Part shown: positions 20,630 to 32,777 of the stretch, one piece after another | How positions within the stretch are numbered: the first letter of the stretch is position 1 | Layout of the letters: every line of letters starts with the position of its first letter | NCBI GenBank assembly: GCA_963793865.1 | Contig: CAWCBP010000008.1 | Location: 128,001 to 192,000, forward strand | Reading direction: 5' to 3' | Length of the DNA stretch: 64,000 nt | From: an uncultured delta proteobacterium | GTDB taxonomy: Bacteria > Desulfobacterota > WTBG01 | Notes under the pieces: generated by a model | The model's database searches: none | What the model was told of the DNA's origin: nothing | The model's input: only the letters and a program-made list of their open reading frames with translations | Position numbers and translations under genes: made by a program

Positions 20630-21502
20630 TCACAGGAGCCGGTAGTTTGCCAGCACTTTCTTAAGCGCAGCCAGGTTTGCCGCTGAGAGCGGAGACAGGG
20701 GAAGGCGCATCTCAGGGTCGATTTTCCCCATCAGCCCCAGGGCGGTTTTCACCGGGATGGGGTTGGTTTCCAGAAACATGGCGTCATGCAGCGGGATCAG
20801 CTCATAATGAATCTCCCGTGATGTGATGTAGTCGCCGGCGGCAAAGGCGTCCCACATGGCGGAGATCCGTTCCGGCACCACGTTGGCGGTAACCGAGATG
20901 ATGCCCCTGCCCCCGGCCGTGAGGATGGCATAGTTGGTAAAGTCATCACCCGAGAACACGTCAAAGTCAGGGCCGCAGAGGCGAATGATATCGCAGACGT
21001 GTCGCAGTGAACCGGTGGCCTCCTTGATGCCCACAACCGTCGGCAGTTCGGCCAGCCGGGCCACCGTTTCAGGCAGCATGTTTACCCCGGTTCGGCCCGG
21101 CACATTATAAAGAATAAGCGGGATGTCCACCTCCGAGGCTATGGCCCGGTAATGCTGGTAGAGGCCCTCCTGGGTGGGACGGTTATAATACGGCGTTATC
21201 AGCAGCGCGCCGTCCGCCCCTGCCGTTTTGGCGCAGCGGGTCAGCTTGATGGCCTCGCAGGTGTTGTTTGATCCCGTGCCGGCAATGACCGGGACCCGGT
21301 GGTTGACCGCCTCCACGCAGATGTCGATGATCCGCTCGTGCTCCTGGTGGGACAGCGTGGCTGACTCGCCGGTGGTGCCGCAGGGGACGATGCCGTCAGT
21401 GCCGCCGGCGATCTGGAATTCAATCAGCTGCACAAAACGCTTCTCGTCAACTGCGCCATCCTTGAAGGGCGTGATGATGGGGATCAGTGAGCCTGAAAAC
21501 AT
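20630..21502 (-). CDS. dapA: 4-hydroxy-tetrahydrodipicolinate synthase
   Basis: GTTGES, YNVPGRT, GIKEA and TNPIPVK motifs. Confidence 0.97.
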   Translation of the reverse strand: MFSGSLIPIITPFKDGAVDEKRFVQLIEFQIAGGTDGIVPCGTTGESATLSHQEHERIIDICVEAVNHRVPVIAGTGSNNTCEAIKLTRCAKTAGADGALLITPYYNRPTQEGLYQHYRAIASEVDIPLILYNVPGRTGVNMLPETVARLAELPTVVGIKEATGSLRHVCDIIRLCGPDFDVFSGDDFTNYAILTAGGRGIISVTANVVPERISAMWDAFAAGDYITSREIHYELIPLHDAMFLETNPIPVKTALGLMGKIDPEMRLPLSPLSAANLAALKKVLANYRLL

Positions 21503-21525
21503 GGTGTCCTCGTCCTTTCGTACTG

Positions 21526-22347
21526 TTAGATGATGGTGCTGTAAAGCTGCCCCTCGTAGATGAAGTCGGCGCCGCCTTCGAGAAACAGATCCGCCGGCGC
21601 TTCCTGTTTCAGCGCGAAGTGAACGGTAAGGATTTCGCCTCCCCGGGTGACGACCGACAGGGGCGATGCCATGTTCCTGGTAAGGCCGGCGATCAGGGCG
21701 GAAGCGACCGAGCCCGTTCCGCAGGCCAGGGTTTCGTCTTCCACGCCCCTTTCATAGGTCCTTATGGCAATGGTCGAGCCGTCCTTGATGGACACGAAAT
21801 CGGCATTGGTGCCTGCCGGCTTGAAGCGGTCGTGAAAGCGAATCTTCCTGCCCAGCGTCGCTACCGGACAGCCCTCAAGGTCATCAACAAACAGCACCGC
21901 GTGGGGAACCCCGACGGTGATGCTGTTGACGCTGTAGCGCGTGTCATCAATCGTCAGGGGGATGCCGAGGACGGGGCGCGAGGCCGGCGGCAGCTCAAGC
22001 TTTACCCGTTCCCGCCCGACCTCGGCCTTGATGATGCCGGCCAGCGTTTCAAAGCTGAGCGCTGCCGGGGCAATGCCGGCGCGGTGCGCGAAGCGGGCTG
22101 CGCACCTGCCGCCGTTGCCGCACATTTCCGCCTCGCTGCCGTCGGCATTAAAAAATCTCCACTTGAAATCCGCCCGCGGTGAATCCTCGATCAGAATCAG
22201 CCCGTCCGCACCCACCGAGAGCTTGCGCCGGCAGATGCTCCGCGCGATCTCGCCTCCCCGCGCCGCATCCACCACGGAGGCGCGGTTGTCGATCATGATG
22301 AAGTCGTTGCCGGCCGCGCTCATTTTGGTGAAGGGTATCATCTTCAT
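21526..22347 (-). CDS. dapF: Diaminopimelate epimerase
   Basis: GNDF, EMCGNG and ERGVEDETLACGTG motifs. Confidence 0.97.
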   Translation of the reverse strand: MKMIPFTKMSAAGNDFIMIDNRASVVDAARGGEIARSICRRKLSVGADGLILIEDSPRADFKWRFFNADGSEAEMCGNGGRCAARFAHRAGIAPAALSFETLAGIIKAEVGRERVKLELPPASRPVLGIPLTIDDTRYSVNSITVGVPHAVLFVDDLEGCPVATLGRKIRFHDRFKPAGTNADFVSIKDGSTIAIRTYERGVEDETLACGTGSVASALIAGLTRNMASPLSVVTRGGEILTVHFALKQEAPADLFLEGGADFIYEGQLYSTII

Positions 22348-22386
22348 GGTTTCTCACTCACAGCAGCCGTCTCAATAAAATTGTCT

Positions 22387-22611
22387 TGAGCGGGGGGCAG
22401 GGGGCGTTTTTAAAGCCGCAACACAATACGTCAGCAGATGTAGAACGGCAGGTGACTTGCGACTTGGGCATTACCAGACCCCATTCCATCGACCTTGATC
22501 GAAGCCGTGGAAGCTGCCTGTCCTCGGCATAATACGTAAGCTTCAGGGGTCGCAACGTAAGCCGCAGAACAAATTGTTGCGGCTTTAAAAACGCCCCCTG
22601 CCCCCCGCTCA
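22387..22611. repeat. ~225-nt element bounded by a perfect 37-bp inverted repeat (MITE or structured RNA)
   Basis: TGAGCGGGGGGCAGGGGGCGTTTTTAAAGCCGCAACA at 22387-22423 and its exact reverse complement at 22575-22611; homologous copy at 29536-29754. Confidence 0.8.
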
Positions 22612-22662
22612 TAACTAATGTTTGGAGAGACTCGTGATCATGACTAATGTCTGTATAAACTC

Positions 22663-23922
22663 CTAGCGTAACCACTCCGGGATGGTTTCGCCCCTGATCA
22701 GGTCGTCGTACTGCTCCCGCTTCCTGATCAGGAAGAAGTCCTTGTCGCGGACCATGACTTCCGGAATCCTCGGCCGGGAATTGTAGTTGGAAGACATGGT
22801 AAATCCGTATGCCCCGGCGCTCATGACGGCCAGCAGATCGTCCGGCGCCACCCTGGGGAGCGCCCGGTCCCGGGCCAAAAAGTCGCCCGATTCGCAAATG
22901 GGCCCGACCACGTCGGCCACCATGGTCGCATCGCCTGCAGGCCTGACCACCGGCTGAATGGCCTGAAAGGCGCCGTACAGGCTGGGGCGGATGAGATCGT
23001 TCATGGCCGCATCGACGGTGACAAAGGTTTTCTCGGTTCCTTCCTTGATGTAGAGCACACGGGTGACCAGGATGCCCGCGTTGCCGACAATCACCCGGCC
23101 GGGTTCGAGAATGAGCGTGCAGTCAAATCCTTTCATCTCCTGCATGAGGGCTGAGGCGTACTCGCGGGGATGGGGAGGCTGCTCCCGGTCGTAGGTGATG
23201 CCCAGGCCGCCCCCGACGTCGATGTAGCGTATGGGGATGCCGTGGCCGCGCAGGGTGTGCACCAGCTCCTTTATCTTGGCCAGCGCTTCGACAAAGGGCC
23301 TGCTGTCGGTGATCTGCGAGCCGATGTGGCAGTCGACGCCCACGATCTCCACGTGCTTGAGCTGCTGCGCCCTGCGGTAGTCCTCGATCGCCCGCTTTAT
23401 TTCAATGCCGAACTTGTTTTTTTTCAACCCGGTGGAGATGTAGGGATGGGTTTGGGGATCAATGTGCGGATTCACCCGGATGGCTATGGGGGCCTTTGTG
23501 CCCAGGCGGCCGGCAACCTGATCGATGGCCGTCAATTCCTGGGAGGATTCCAGGTTGAACATCAGTATGCCGTTCTCGAGGGCGTAGGCCAGTTCCGGCG
23601 GCTGCTTGCCCACCCCGGAGAAGACCACCTTGCGGGGGTCCGCGCCCGCGGTAAGGACGCGGAACAGCTCACCGCCCGAGACGATGTCAAAACCTCCCCC
23701 CAGGTTGGCCATCAGCTTCAGCACCGCCAGGTTGGAGTTGGCCTTTACCGAAAAGCAGGTGAGGTGGTCGATGCCCTGAAATGAGTCGTCGAAAACCCTG
23801 AAATGATTTTGGAGCGTATGGGAGCTGTAAAGGTAAAAAGGCGTTCCCACTGCTGCGGCAATGTCCCTGACGGATATGCCTTCGCAGTACAGCTCATCTT
23901 TTCGGTAGTTGAAATCGTGCAT
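22663..23922 (-). CDS. lysA: Diaminopimelate decarboxylase
   Basis: SVKAN, HIGSQ, EPGR, GPICESGD and GAYG motifs. Confidence 0.97.
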   Translation of the reverse strand: MHDFNYRKDELYCEGISVRDIAAAVGTPFYLYSSHTLQNHFRVFDDSFQGIDHLTCFSVKANSNLAVLKLMANLGGGFDIVSGGELFRVLTAGADPRKVVFSGVGKQPPELAYALENGILMFNLESSQELTAIDQVAGRLGTKAPIAIRVNPHIDPQTHPYISTGLKKNKFGIEIKRAIEDYRRAQQLKHVEIVGVDCHIGSQITDSRPFVEALAKIKELVHTLRGHGIPIRYIDVGGGLGITYDREQPPHPREYASALMQEMKGFDCTLILEPGRVIVGNAGILVTRVLYIKEGTEKTFVTVDAAMNDLIRPSLYGAFQAIQPVVRPAGDATMVADVVGPICESGDFLARDRALPRVAPDDLLAVMSAGAYGFTMSSNYNSRPRIPEVMVRDKDFFLIRKREQYDDLIRGETIPEWLR

Positions 23923-23931
23923 GATCTTTCT

Positions 23932-24022
23932 CTAGCAGGTGATGTTGAAAAACACCCATCTGATGTGTGGCTCAAAGGGGGAGGGGCTTTTGACGCCACG
24001 ACAATTTTTCAACAACCTGCTA
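23932..24022. mobile_element. Short MITE (internally deleted)
   Basis: TAGCAGG..TGTTGAAAAA / TTTTTCAACAACCTGCTA terminal inverted repeats shared with copies at 29470, 33509 and 48137. Confidence 0.7.
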
Positions 24023-25093
24023 AAACGTGCAGGTGATGGTGACGCCCTCGGACGGCCGGCTTTCGTTTGAATTGGTGGCGTCATCGAATGCCGTGACCGT
24101 GTAGGTATAGGTTTTGTTTTTTACCGCGGTTGTGTCGGTATAACCGCCTCTCACCAGCGGGGTGCCGTTTAATTTCACTGTCTCCGCCTCGCCTTCCGCC
24201 CGGCGATAGAGGTTGTAGCCCGCGAGGTCCTCTTCCGTGTTTTCATCCCATTTAAGAACCATCCCGCTCGTGGTCGGCACAGCGACCAGGCCCGTGGGGA
24301 CCCGGGGGGGCGTGTGATCGGTGGTGTTGATGGAAATCTCCGCGGAGGCCTCGCTTTCAAGGGCGGTTTCCCTCACCTGCCGGATGGCCCTCAGCGAATA
24401 GATATAGTCGGTGTCCTTCACCACTCCCCTGTCACGGCAGGACAGCTCGGCAAGGGGCTCGCTGTTTATGGGGTTAAAGGAATAGGGTGTGTCGGGCGTT
24501 CGCCGGTACAGGTTGTATGCGACCGGTCCCTCAAATGGCGTTCCGTCCTGAAGCGTGGTTGGCGCTTCCCAGCTTATGACGACCGCCCTTCCCTGGAGTT
24601 TCGCCCGGACCGCTCGGGGAGGCGAGCCCGGCACGTCCCAGAAAATGTCCGGGCTGGTTGCGGGCGGACCCGGACGCCGGTCGGTATTGTAGCATATTAC
24701 CCGGTACGCATAGATGGTCTGAAAGGCAATCGCGCTGTCGCGGTACTCGATGGTGAGGGACCCGGGTTTTTCCATCATGTAGGTTTTATAGTCAATGTCG
24801 TATATGACCAGGAAGCGGTCGGGGCAGTCCCTGCACTCCCGGGAAAAGGCCTGCTCGCTGCGCAGAACGGTAAATCCCGCGAGGTCGGAAAGGGGTGAGC
24901 CGTCGGTGTTTTTCCCCGGTATGGCGAAGCTCAGGGTAATGGCGTTACCCGCGGGGCGGGCGATGAGATCCCTGACCTTGGCCGGCGCTACCGCGACCGG
25001 CGCGGTGGGATCATCCTTCTTGCCGCACCCGCCGGGCAGGACCAGGCAGAGAAACGCAAAACAAAGAAGTACGCTCAGCCCCCGTGGTTTCAC
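24020..25093 (-). CDS. Lipoprotein with fibronectin type III domains
   Basis: Lipobox-like GGC-GKKDDP after a hydrophobic stretch; three FN3-like units (YNLYR..Y.Y.V.A); GTG start inferred. Confidence 0.75.
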   Translation of the reverse strand: MKPRGLSVLLCFAFLCLVLPGGCGKKDDPTAPVAVAPAKVRDLIARPAGNAITLSFAIPGKNTDGSPLSDLAGFTVLRSEQAFSRECRDCPDRFLVIYDIDYKTYMMEKPGSLTIEYRDSAIAFQTIYAYRVICYNTDRRPGPPATSPDIFWDVPGSPPRAVRAKLQGRAVVISWEAPTTLQDGTPFEGPVAYNLYRRTPDTPYSFNPINSEPLAELSCRDRGVVKDTDYIYSLRAIRQVRETALESEASAEISINTTDHTPPRVPTGLVAVPTTSGMVLKWDENTEEDLAGYNLYRRAEGEAETVKLNGTPLVRGGYTDTTAVKNKTYTYTVTAFDDATNSNESRPSEGVTITCTF

Positions 25094-25201
25094 ATCATTT
25101 CCTGTTGTGGATATCGGTTGAGCCACTGAACCTCTTCTACAGCATGGTATTCGCAACGAACAGGAGCCTTTCATAAGTAAAGATGTGCTGGACGCACTAC
25201 A

Positions 25202-26407
25202 CTAGCGCCTGGCCTTTAAGAGGCTGTTGATCTTCAGCCGCAGGGCATTGAGCTGAATGAAGCCCTCGGCGAGCCGCTGGTCGTAGACCGTGTCCTCTTC
25301 AAAGGTGGCAAAATCCGGGTGGTACAGGGAGTGCGGCGATTTCCGCCCCGCCACGGTGCAGCTGCCCTTGTAGAGCTTGACCCGCACCACTCCCGTCACC
25401 AACTTCTGGGTTTCATCGATGGTTTTCTGCAGCAGCTCCCGCTCGGGCGCGAACCAGTAGCCGTAGTACACCAGCTCCGCGTAGCGGGTGATCAGGCCCT
25501 CCTTGATGCGCATCACCTCGCGATCGAGGGTGAGCGACTCCAGCGCCCGGTGGGCCGCGTGCAGGATGGTGCCGCCGGGTGTTTCATATACCCCGCGGGA
25601 CTTCATGCCCACGTAGCGGTTTTCCACGATGTCGACCCGGCCGATGCCGTGTATGCCGCCCAGCCGGTTAAGCTGCGCGAGCAGCCGGGCCGGCGAGAGG
25701 GCTTTGCCGTTGATGGCCACGGGGTTGCCCTGCCGGTAGGCGATTTCAAGATAGAGCGGCTTTGCCGGGGCCTTTTCCGGAGAGGAGGTGAGCACGAACA
25801 TGTCTTCAGCCGGCTGCTTCCAGGGATCCTCGAGTATCCCGCCCTCAAAGCTGATGTGGAAGATGTTGCGGTCCGAGCTGTAGGGCTTCTGCGGCGTCAC
25901 CTGTATGGGAATGTTCTGCTCGCGCGCGTAGTTGATGAGCGATTGCCGCGATTTGAAGTGCCAGAGCCTCCAGGGGGCGATAATCTTTATCCTGGGGTTG
26001 AGCGCGAGGTAGGTGAGCTCAAAGCGGACCTGGTCATTGCCCTTGCCGGTCGAGCCGTGGCAGACCGCGTCCGCCTTCTCCCTGCGCGCAACCGCGATCT
26101 GCCGCTTGGCGATGAGCGGCCGGGCGATGGAGGTTCCCAGCAGATAGCTGCCCTCGTATACGGCATTTGCCCGCAGCATGGGGAAGATAAAATCCCGGAC
26201 GAACTCCTCCTTCAGGTCCTCCACGTACACTTTGCTCACCCCGGTCTTAAGCGCCCGTTTTTCCAGGGCGTGAAAGTCATCCTCCTGGCCGAGATCGGCG
26301 GCGAAGGCAATGACCTCGCATCCGTAGGTCTCCATCAGCCACCGGGGAATCACCGACGTGTCCAGCCCGCCTGAGTAGGCCACCACTACCTTTTTTATCT
26401 TTTCCAT
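25202..26407 (-). CDS. argG: Argininosuccinate synthase
   Basis: [19 protein letters not shown] and [10 protein letters not shown] motifs. Confidence 0.97.
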   Translation of the reverse strand: MEKIKKVVVAYSGGLDTSVIPRWLMETYGCEVIAFAADLGQEDDFHALEKRALKTGVSKVYVEDLKEEFVRDFIFPMLRANAVYEGSYLLGTSIARPLIAKRQIAVARREKADAVCHGSTGKGNDQVRFELTYLALNPRIKIIAPWRLWHFKSRQSLINYAREQNIPIQVTPQKPYSSDRNIFHISFEGGILEDPWKQPAEDMFVLTSSPEKAPAKPLYLEIAYRQGNPVAINGKALSPARLLAQLNRLGGIHGIGRVDIVENRYVGMKSRGVYETPGGTILHAAHRALESLTLDREVMRIKEGLITRYAELVYYGYWFAPERELLQKTIDETQKLVTGVVRVKLYKGSCTVAGRKSPHSLYHPDFATFEEDTVYDQRLAEGFIQLNALRLKINSLLKARR

Positions 26408-26423
26408 AGATCCCGTTTCTCCT

Positions 26424-27347
26424 TTAAGCGGTGTAATCGAGAAAGCCTGCCAGTATCGCCTTCTGCATGTGCAGCCGGTTTTCCGCCTGGTCGAAAATGA
26501 CGGCATGGCTGCCGTCGGCCACCTCATCGGTGATTTCTTCTCCGCGGTGGGCGGGAAGGCAGTGCATCACCAGCACATCTTTTTTTGCGGCCTTGAGCAG
26601 CGCGCTGTTGACCTGGTAGTTTTGAAACAGTTCCCGTTTCTGCCGCACCGCGCCCTCTTCCTGGCCCATGCTGACCCAGGTGTCGGTATTGATGATGTCG
26701 GCCTCCCGTACGGCCTGGAAGGGATCGGCGGAAAACTGCACCCGCCCCGGGGCCTCCGCACCGGCCCGGGCCGCGATCTTCCCGTCAGGCTCATGGCCCG
26801 GGGGGCAGGCGATCCTGAGATTGAAGCCGAGCTTGAGGGAGGCCTCTATCCAGGAATTGGCAACATTGTTCCCGTCACCCACGTAGCTGATGTTCAGGTG
26901 CCGGTAGTCGCCTCTTTTTTCCACAATGGTCATGAGGTCGCTCAGTATCTGGCAGGGATGGAGCAGATCGGTGAGGCCGTTGATGACCGGGATGGAAGCA
27001 TGGCGCGCGTAACACTCCAGCGTGTCCTGGGAAAAGGTCCTGATGACCAGGCCGTCCAGGTAGCGGGAGAGCACCCGCGCCGTGTCCTCGGGCGACTCCT
27101 TCCGGCTCAGTTGCGTGTCCCGCGAGCTCATGTAGAGGGCGTGCCCTCCCAGCTGCACCATTCCCACCTCGAAGGAAACGCGGGTCCGGGTTGAGGGCTT
27201 TTCGAACAGCAGGCCCAGGGTTTTTCCCTTGAGAAGCTGGTGGGGAACGCCGGCCTTCTGCTTCTTTTTAAGCTCGATGGCCCGGGAAATCAGCACGTCA
27301 ATGTCGTGCGTGCTTAAGGAATCAATGCTTAAAAGGTCACGTTTCAT
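26424..27347 (-). CDS. argF: Ornithine carbamoyltransferase
   Basis: STRTR, HPCQ, WVSMG and HCLP motifs. Confidence 0.97.
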   Translation of the reverse strand: MKRDLLSIDSLSTHDIDVLISRAIELKKKQKAGVPHQLLKGKTLGLLFEKPSTRTRVSFEVGMVQLGGHALYMSSRDTQLSRKESPEDTARVLSRYLDGLVIRTFSQDTLECYARHASIPVINGLTDLLHPCQILSDLMTIVEKRGDYRHLNISYVGDGNNVANSWIEASLKLGFNLRIACPPGHEPDGKIAARAGAEAPGRVQFSADPFQAVREADIINTDTWVSMGQEEGAVRQKRELFQNYQVNSALLKAAKKDVLVMHCLPAHRGEEITDEVADGSHAVIFDQAENRLHMQKAILAGFLDYTA

Positions 27348-27354
27348 CAGTCTG

Positions 27355-28557
27355 TCAGCCCGGTACGGATAAGGATTGATCGAGAACCTTGAGTGCGATA
27401 TCTATCTCCTGTTCGGTGATGGTCAGCGGGGGAATAAAGCGCAGCACCCGGTCCATGGTGCAGTTGAGCAGAACACCCTGATCCATGCAGCGGGTAACCA
27501 CGTCGGCCCCCTCCCGCCCCAGCTCCATTGCCAGGATAAGACCCTTGCCCCTCACGTCCGTAATCACCGCATGCTTTTTCTTAAGCGCGGTGAGCCCGTC
27601 GAAAAAGTATCTGCCCCGCTTCTCACAGGTTTTGAGGAAGCCCTCCTTGAGGAGTATCCCCAGGGTGGCGATCCCCGCGGCGGTTGAGAGCGGATTGCCG
27701 CCGAAGGTGGAGGCGTGGGTGCCCGGAGAAAAGCTCGGGGCGATTTTGTCCGTGCCCAGCATGGCGCCGATGGGTATCCCTCCCCCCAGACCCTTGGCCA
27801 GGGTCATGATGTCCGGCTCGACGCCGTAGTGTTCATAGGCGAAGAGCCTGCCGGTTCTGCCCATGCCCACCTGCACTTCGTCAAAGATGAGCAGCAGGTC
27901 AGCCCGGTCACAGATCCCGCGCACCTGTTTGAGATAGTCCGGCGAGGGGCAGTTGACGCCGCCTTCCCCCTGAATGGGCTCCAGCATCACGGCGCAGGTA
28001 GCCCCGGTGACGGCTTTTTCAAGCGCCCCGGCGTCATTGAAGGGAACATAGCGGAAACCGGGGAGCATCGGTTCAAAGCCGTTATGAAATCGCTTCTGCC
28101 CGGTGGCGGAGAGAGCGGCCATGGTTCTCCCGTGGAAGCTTCCCTCCATGGTAATGATCTCGGACCGGCCGGCATTCCCCCGGTCATGGGAGTACTTGCG
28201 GGCCAGCTTGATGGCGGCTTCGTTGGCCTCCGCCCCGCTGTTGCAGAAAAACACCTTGTCGGCGAAGGAGTTGTTCACCAGCAGCTCCGCCAGCCCCGCC
28301 TGGGGCTCGCTGTAGAAGAGATTGGAGACCTGCATCAGCGTCTCGCTCTGCCGGTGGATGGCCTCAACCACGCCGGGGTTGAGATGGCCCACGTTGAGCA
28401 CGGCGATGCCCGACACCAGGTCGAGGTACTCCTTGCCGTTGCCGTCCCACACGGTGCTTCCCTTTCCCCGGGTGAGCACGACGGGGGCCCGCCGGTAGGT
28501 GTTGAAGATATACCGGTTTGTCTTGTCAATCACTTCCTGCACGGAGGCTGGACACAT
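27355..28557 (-). CDS. argD: Acetylornithine aminotransferase
   Basis: NSGAEANE, FHGRT, DEVQ and AKGLGGG motifs; arg gene context. Confidence 0.95.
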   Translation of the reverse strand: MCPASVQEVIDKTNRYIFNTYRRAPVVLTRGKGSTVWDGNGKEYLDLVSGIAVLNVGHLNPGVVEAIHRQSETLMQVSNLFYSEPQAGLAELLVNNSFADKVFFCNSGAEANEAAIKLARKYSHDRGNAGRSEIITMEGSFHGRTMAALSATGQKRFHNGFEPMLPGFRYVPFNDAGALEKAVTGATCAVMLEPIQGEGGVNCPSPDYLKQVRGICDRADLLLIFDEVQVGMGRTGRLFAYEHYGVEPDIMTLAKGLGGGIPIGAMLGTDKIAPSFSPGTHASTFGGNPLSTAAGIATLGILLKEGFLKTCEKRGRYFFDGLTALKKKHAVITDVRGKGLILAMELGREGADVVTRCMDQGVLLNCTMDRVLRFIPPLTITEQEIDIALKVLDQSLSVPG

Positions 28558-28560
28558 ACG

Positions 28561-29445
28561 CTATCCTGTAATTTGGGTTCCGATGCCGACATCAGTAAAG
28601 ACTTCGAGGAGGATGGCATGCCGTATTCTGCCGTCAATGATGTGCGCCTTTCCCACGCCTTCCTTGAGGGCCTGCAGGCAGCAGCGCACCTTGGGGATCA
28701 TCCCCCCGCTGATCTGCCCCTTTTCTATGAGGCGGCTTGCCTTCTTTTCATCCATGGAGGAGATGAGCTGTCCCCGTTCATCCAGCACCCCCTCGGTGTC
28801 GGTGAGCAGCATCAGCTTTTCCGCCTTGAGGGCGGAGGCGATTTTACCCGCCACGGTATCGGCGTTGATATTGTAGGAACTGCCGTCTTCCCCGCCGCCG
28901 ATGGGGGCGATGATGGGTATGAACCTGCTGCGGTCCAGGGTATCCAGGACCAGGGGATTGACCGCCTGCACCTCCCCCACCAGACCGATGTCACGCGCGC
29001 GCGATGACTTGCCGGAGGCGGAGCGGGTGATGAGCTTCAGCTTTTTGGCGGTGATCAGGTTTCCGTCCTTGCCGCTTAAGCCGACCGCTTTGCCCCCCTG
29101 GCAATTGATCAGGCTCACTATTTCCTTGTTGATTTTGCCCACCAGCACCATTTCCACCACGTCCATGATTTCCGGATCGGTAACCCTCAGGCCGTCGACG
29201 AAGCGGGAGGTTTTGCCCAGCTTCTTCAGCACTTCCTCTATCTGGGGGCCTCCTCCGTGAACCACCACCGGGTTGAGGCCGATGTAGTTCATCAGGGTGA
29301 TGTCCATGGCGAAGCTCTGCTTCAGGGTCTCATCCAGCATGGCGTGACCGCCGTACTTGATGACGATGGTCTTCCCGTAGAAGCGGCGGATGTAGGGCAG
29401 CGCCTCCATTAAAATGGAGGCCTTGTCTATCAGTTTTTGCATCAT
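28561..29445 (-). CDS. argB: Acetylglutamate kinase
   Basis: VIKYGG, VHGGGP, NINAD and GGMIPK motifs. Confidence 0.97.
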   Translation of the reverse strand: MMQKLIDKASILMEALPYIRRFYGKTIVIKYGGHAMLDETLKQSFAMDITLMNYIGLNPVVVHGGGPQIEEVLKKLGKTSRFVDGLRVTDPEIMDVVEMVLVGKINKEIVSLINCQGGKAVGLSGKDGNLITAKKLKLITRSASGKSSRARDIGLVGEVQAVNPLVLDTLDRSRFIPIIAPIGGGEDGSSYNINADTVAGKIASALKAEKLMLLTDTEGVLDERGQLISSMDEKKASRLIEKGQISGGMIPKVRCCLQALKEGVGKAHIIDGRIRHAILLEVFTDVGIGTQITG

Positions 29446-29469
29446 GTCCGGCCCGTGCCTGAAAGGTTG

Positions 29470-29793
29470 GCAGGTTATTGAAAAAGTAGTTTTCCCCCGC
29501 CTAGCAGGTTGTTGAAAAACACCCATCTGATTTGTGGCTCAAAGGGGGAGGGGCTTTTTAGCCACAACACATGTATTCGGAACCTGTAGAACGGCAGCGA
29601 CTTTCTAACTTTGTCCGACAGACCCGCATGGTAACAGCCGTATCGAAGTCTCCGCAAAGCTGCCTGTCTGCGGTTTAAGTCGTAAGGCACCGGGTCGTGC
29701 CGTAAGCCTAAAGACAAATTGTTGTGGCGTCAAAAGCCCCTCCCCCTTTGAGCCTTTGAACAGCCTGAGGAAAACTACTTTTTCAATAACCTG

Positions 29794-29797
<4 letters not shown>
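29470..29797. mobile_element. Composite MITE with nested inverted repeats
   Basis: Outer perfect 26-bp IR GCAGGTTATTGAAAAAGTAGTTTTCC (29470-29495 / 29769-29794); a second terminus CTAGCAGGTTGTTGAAAAAC at 29501; inner IR element at 29536-29754. Confidence 0.75.
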
Positions 29798-31161
<1,364 letters not shown>

Positions 31162-31193
31162 TGCGCTTTCAGTATAGGTACCGTGGGGGCCTG

Positions 31194-31736
31194 CTAGAGT
31201 TCCTCGACGGTAATATGTTCATTGGTGTAAATGCAGATGCCGGAGGCTATCTGCATGGCCTCCGCCACAATTGCCCTGGCATCGAGATCGGAGTATTTCA
31301 CCAGGGCCCGTGCCGCCGCCAGCGCAAAAGCCCCGCCCGAGCCGATGGCGGTAATGCCGTCGTCCGGCTCCACCACGTCACCGGTGCCGGAGATGATCAG
31401 GGAATGCTCCCGGTCCATGACGATGAGCAGCGCCTCGAGCCTTCTGAGCATGCGGTCGGTTCTCCAGTCCTTGGCCAGTTCCACGGCGGCGCGCATGAGA
31501 TTGCCGTGGTGCTGCTCCAGCTTTCCCTCGAAGCGCTCGAAGAGGGTGAAGGCATCCGCGGTGGCGCCGGAAAACCCCGCCAGCACCGAGTCCTTGTAGA
31601 GCTTCCGGATCTTGTTGGCCCTCTGCTTGAGCACCGTGCTGCCGAGGGTCACCTGTCCGTCTCCGCCGATGGCCGCCTTTCCCTTGTGCCGTACCGCAAT
31701 AATGGTCGTTCCCCGAATGCCGGGATGTTCGCTCAT
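31194..31736 (-). CDS. hslV: ATP-dependent protease peptidase subunit
   Basis: TTIIAV..GDGQVT, AIGSGG and ICIYTN motifs. Confidence 0.97.
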   Translation of the reverse strand: MSEHPGIRGTTIIAVRHKGKAAIGGDGQVTLGSTVLKQRANKIRKLYKDSVLAGFSGATADAFTLFERFEGKLEQHHGNLMRAAVELAKDWRTDRMLRRLEALLIVMDREHSLIISGTGDVVEPDDGITAIGSGGAFALAAARALVKYSDLDARAIVAEAMQIASGICIYTNEHITVEEL

Positions 31737-31778
31737 CAGATGCTCCCTCGCCGGGATCAAGCCCCCGGATGTCATGTT

Positions 31779-32682
31779 CTAAGCCTTTTCCCTGCTTTTG
31801 GGATGGGCCTTGTCGTAGGTTTCCATCAGCCTGCTCACGCTCACGTGAGTGTACTTCTGGGTGGTGGAAAGGCTCACGTGTCCCAGCAGCTCCTGGATGG
31901 CCCTCAGGTCGGCCCCCGCGTCGAGCATGTGGGTGGCGAAGGTGTGGCGCAGCGAGTGCGGGCTGATGCTTCTGGCGATGGCGCAGCGCTCAATGTACCG
32001 GTCGACGATCCGCGCCACGCTGCGGGCGGTTAATCTGCCCCCGCGCAGATTCAGGAACAGGGGATCACCGGGGGAAACCGTTCCCCGGCGCCCTTTTGCC
32101 TCCCGGTAGCGATGCACCGCATCGAGCGCCTTGCTCCCGATGGGGACAATCCGCTCCTTTTTACCCTTGCCCATGACCCTGATGATGCCCAGGTTGTCGT
32201 CGAGGGCATCTTCGTTCATGCCCACCAGCTCGGAGACGCGCAGCCCGCTGGAGTAAAGGGTCTCCATGATGGCCTTGTCCCTCGCCCCCGCCAGCGTGGT
32301 GTCATCGGGCATCTTCAGCAGGGCGAACACCTCATCGATGGAGAGAAATCCCGGCACGTGCTTTTCAAGCCGCGGGGTTGCCACCGCGGCCGCCGGATTG
32401 CTCTCCATCAGGCCCTTGCGCAGCAGGAACTTAAAAAAGGTCCTCAGCGATGCCAGCTTGCGCGCAATGGAGGATTTTTTATTCTTTTTATAGAGCGTAC
32501 CCATATAGGAGCGGATGGTAGCGCTCGTAATGGCTTTGACAGGTAAGGTCCGGGTGCTGCCGGCTGAGAAACTGCCGGAAGTGCCGCAGATCCCGGCTGT
32601 AATTGCGCCGGGTGTGCGGCGAAAAATTTTTTTCCACGCTCATGTAGCGTTCAAATGCTTCCAGCAGGCTGTCCAAACTCAT
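31779..32682 (-). CDS. xerC: Tyrosine recombinase XerC; one frameshift at ~32545
   Basis: GLRVSEL, GKGKKER, HSLRH, LGH and TQKYTHV; N-terminal SPHT..Y..DL in another frame; xerC-hslV-hslU order. Confidence 0.9.
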
Positions 32683-32777
32683 GGGACGCAAAGGAAAAAA
32701 AGTATATATGAAATAGAGAAATAAGCAATGAAAAAAGCCGCCTGCCGGGGCGGCGTTCTGACCGCTGCTGAGGCGTG

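Noticed and set aside
22358..22897. 179-aa ORF across the lysA-dapF gap, plus the N-terminal extensions of argB (29526) and cdaA (48191)
   Set aside because: These frames run through repeat or MITE sequence, and the second copy of the element does not keep the frame open
31779..32682. Tyrosine recombinase as a phage or island integrase
   Set aside because: XerC-type motifs in the conserved xerC-hslV-hslU context, with no att sites or cargo genes
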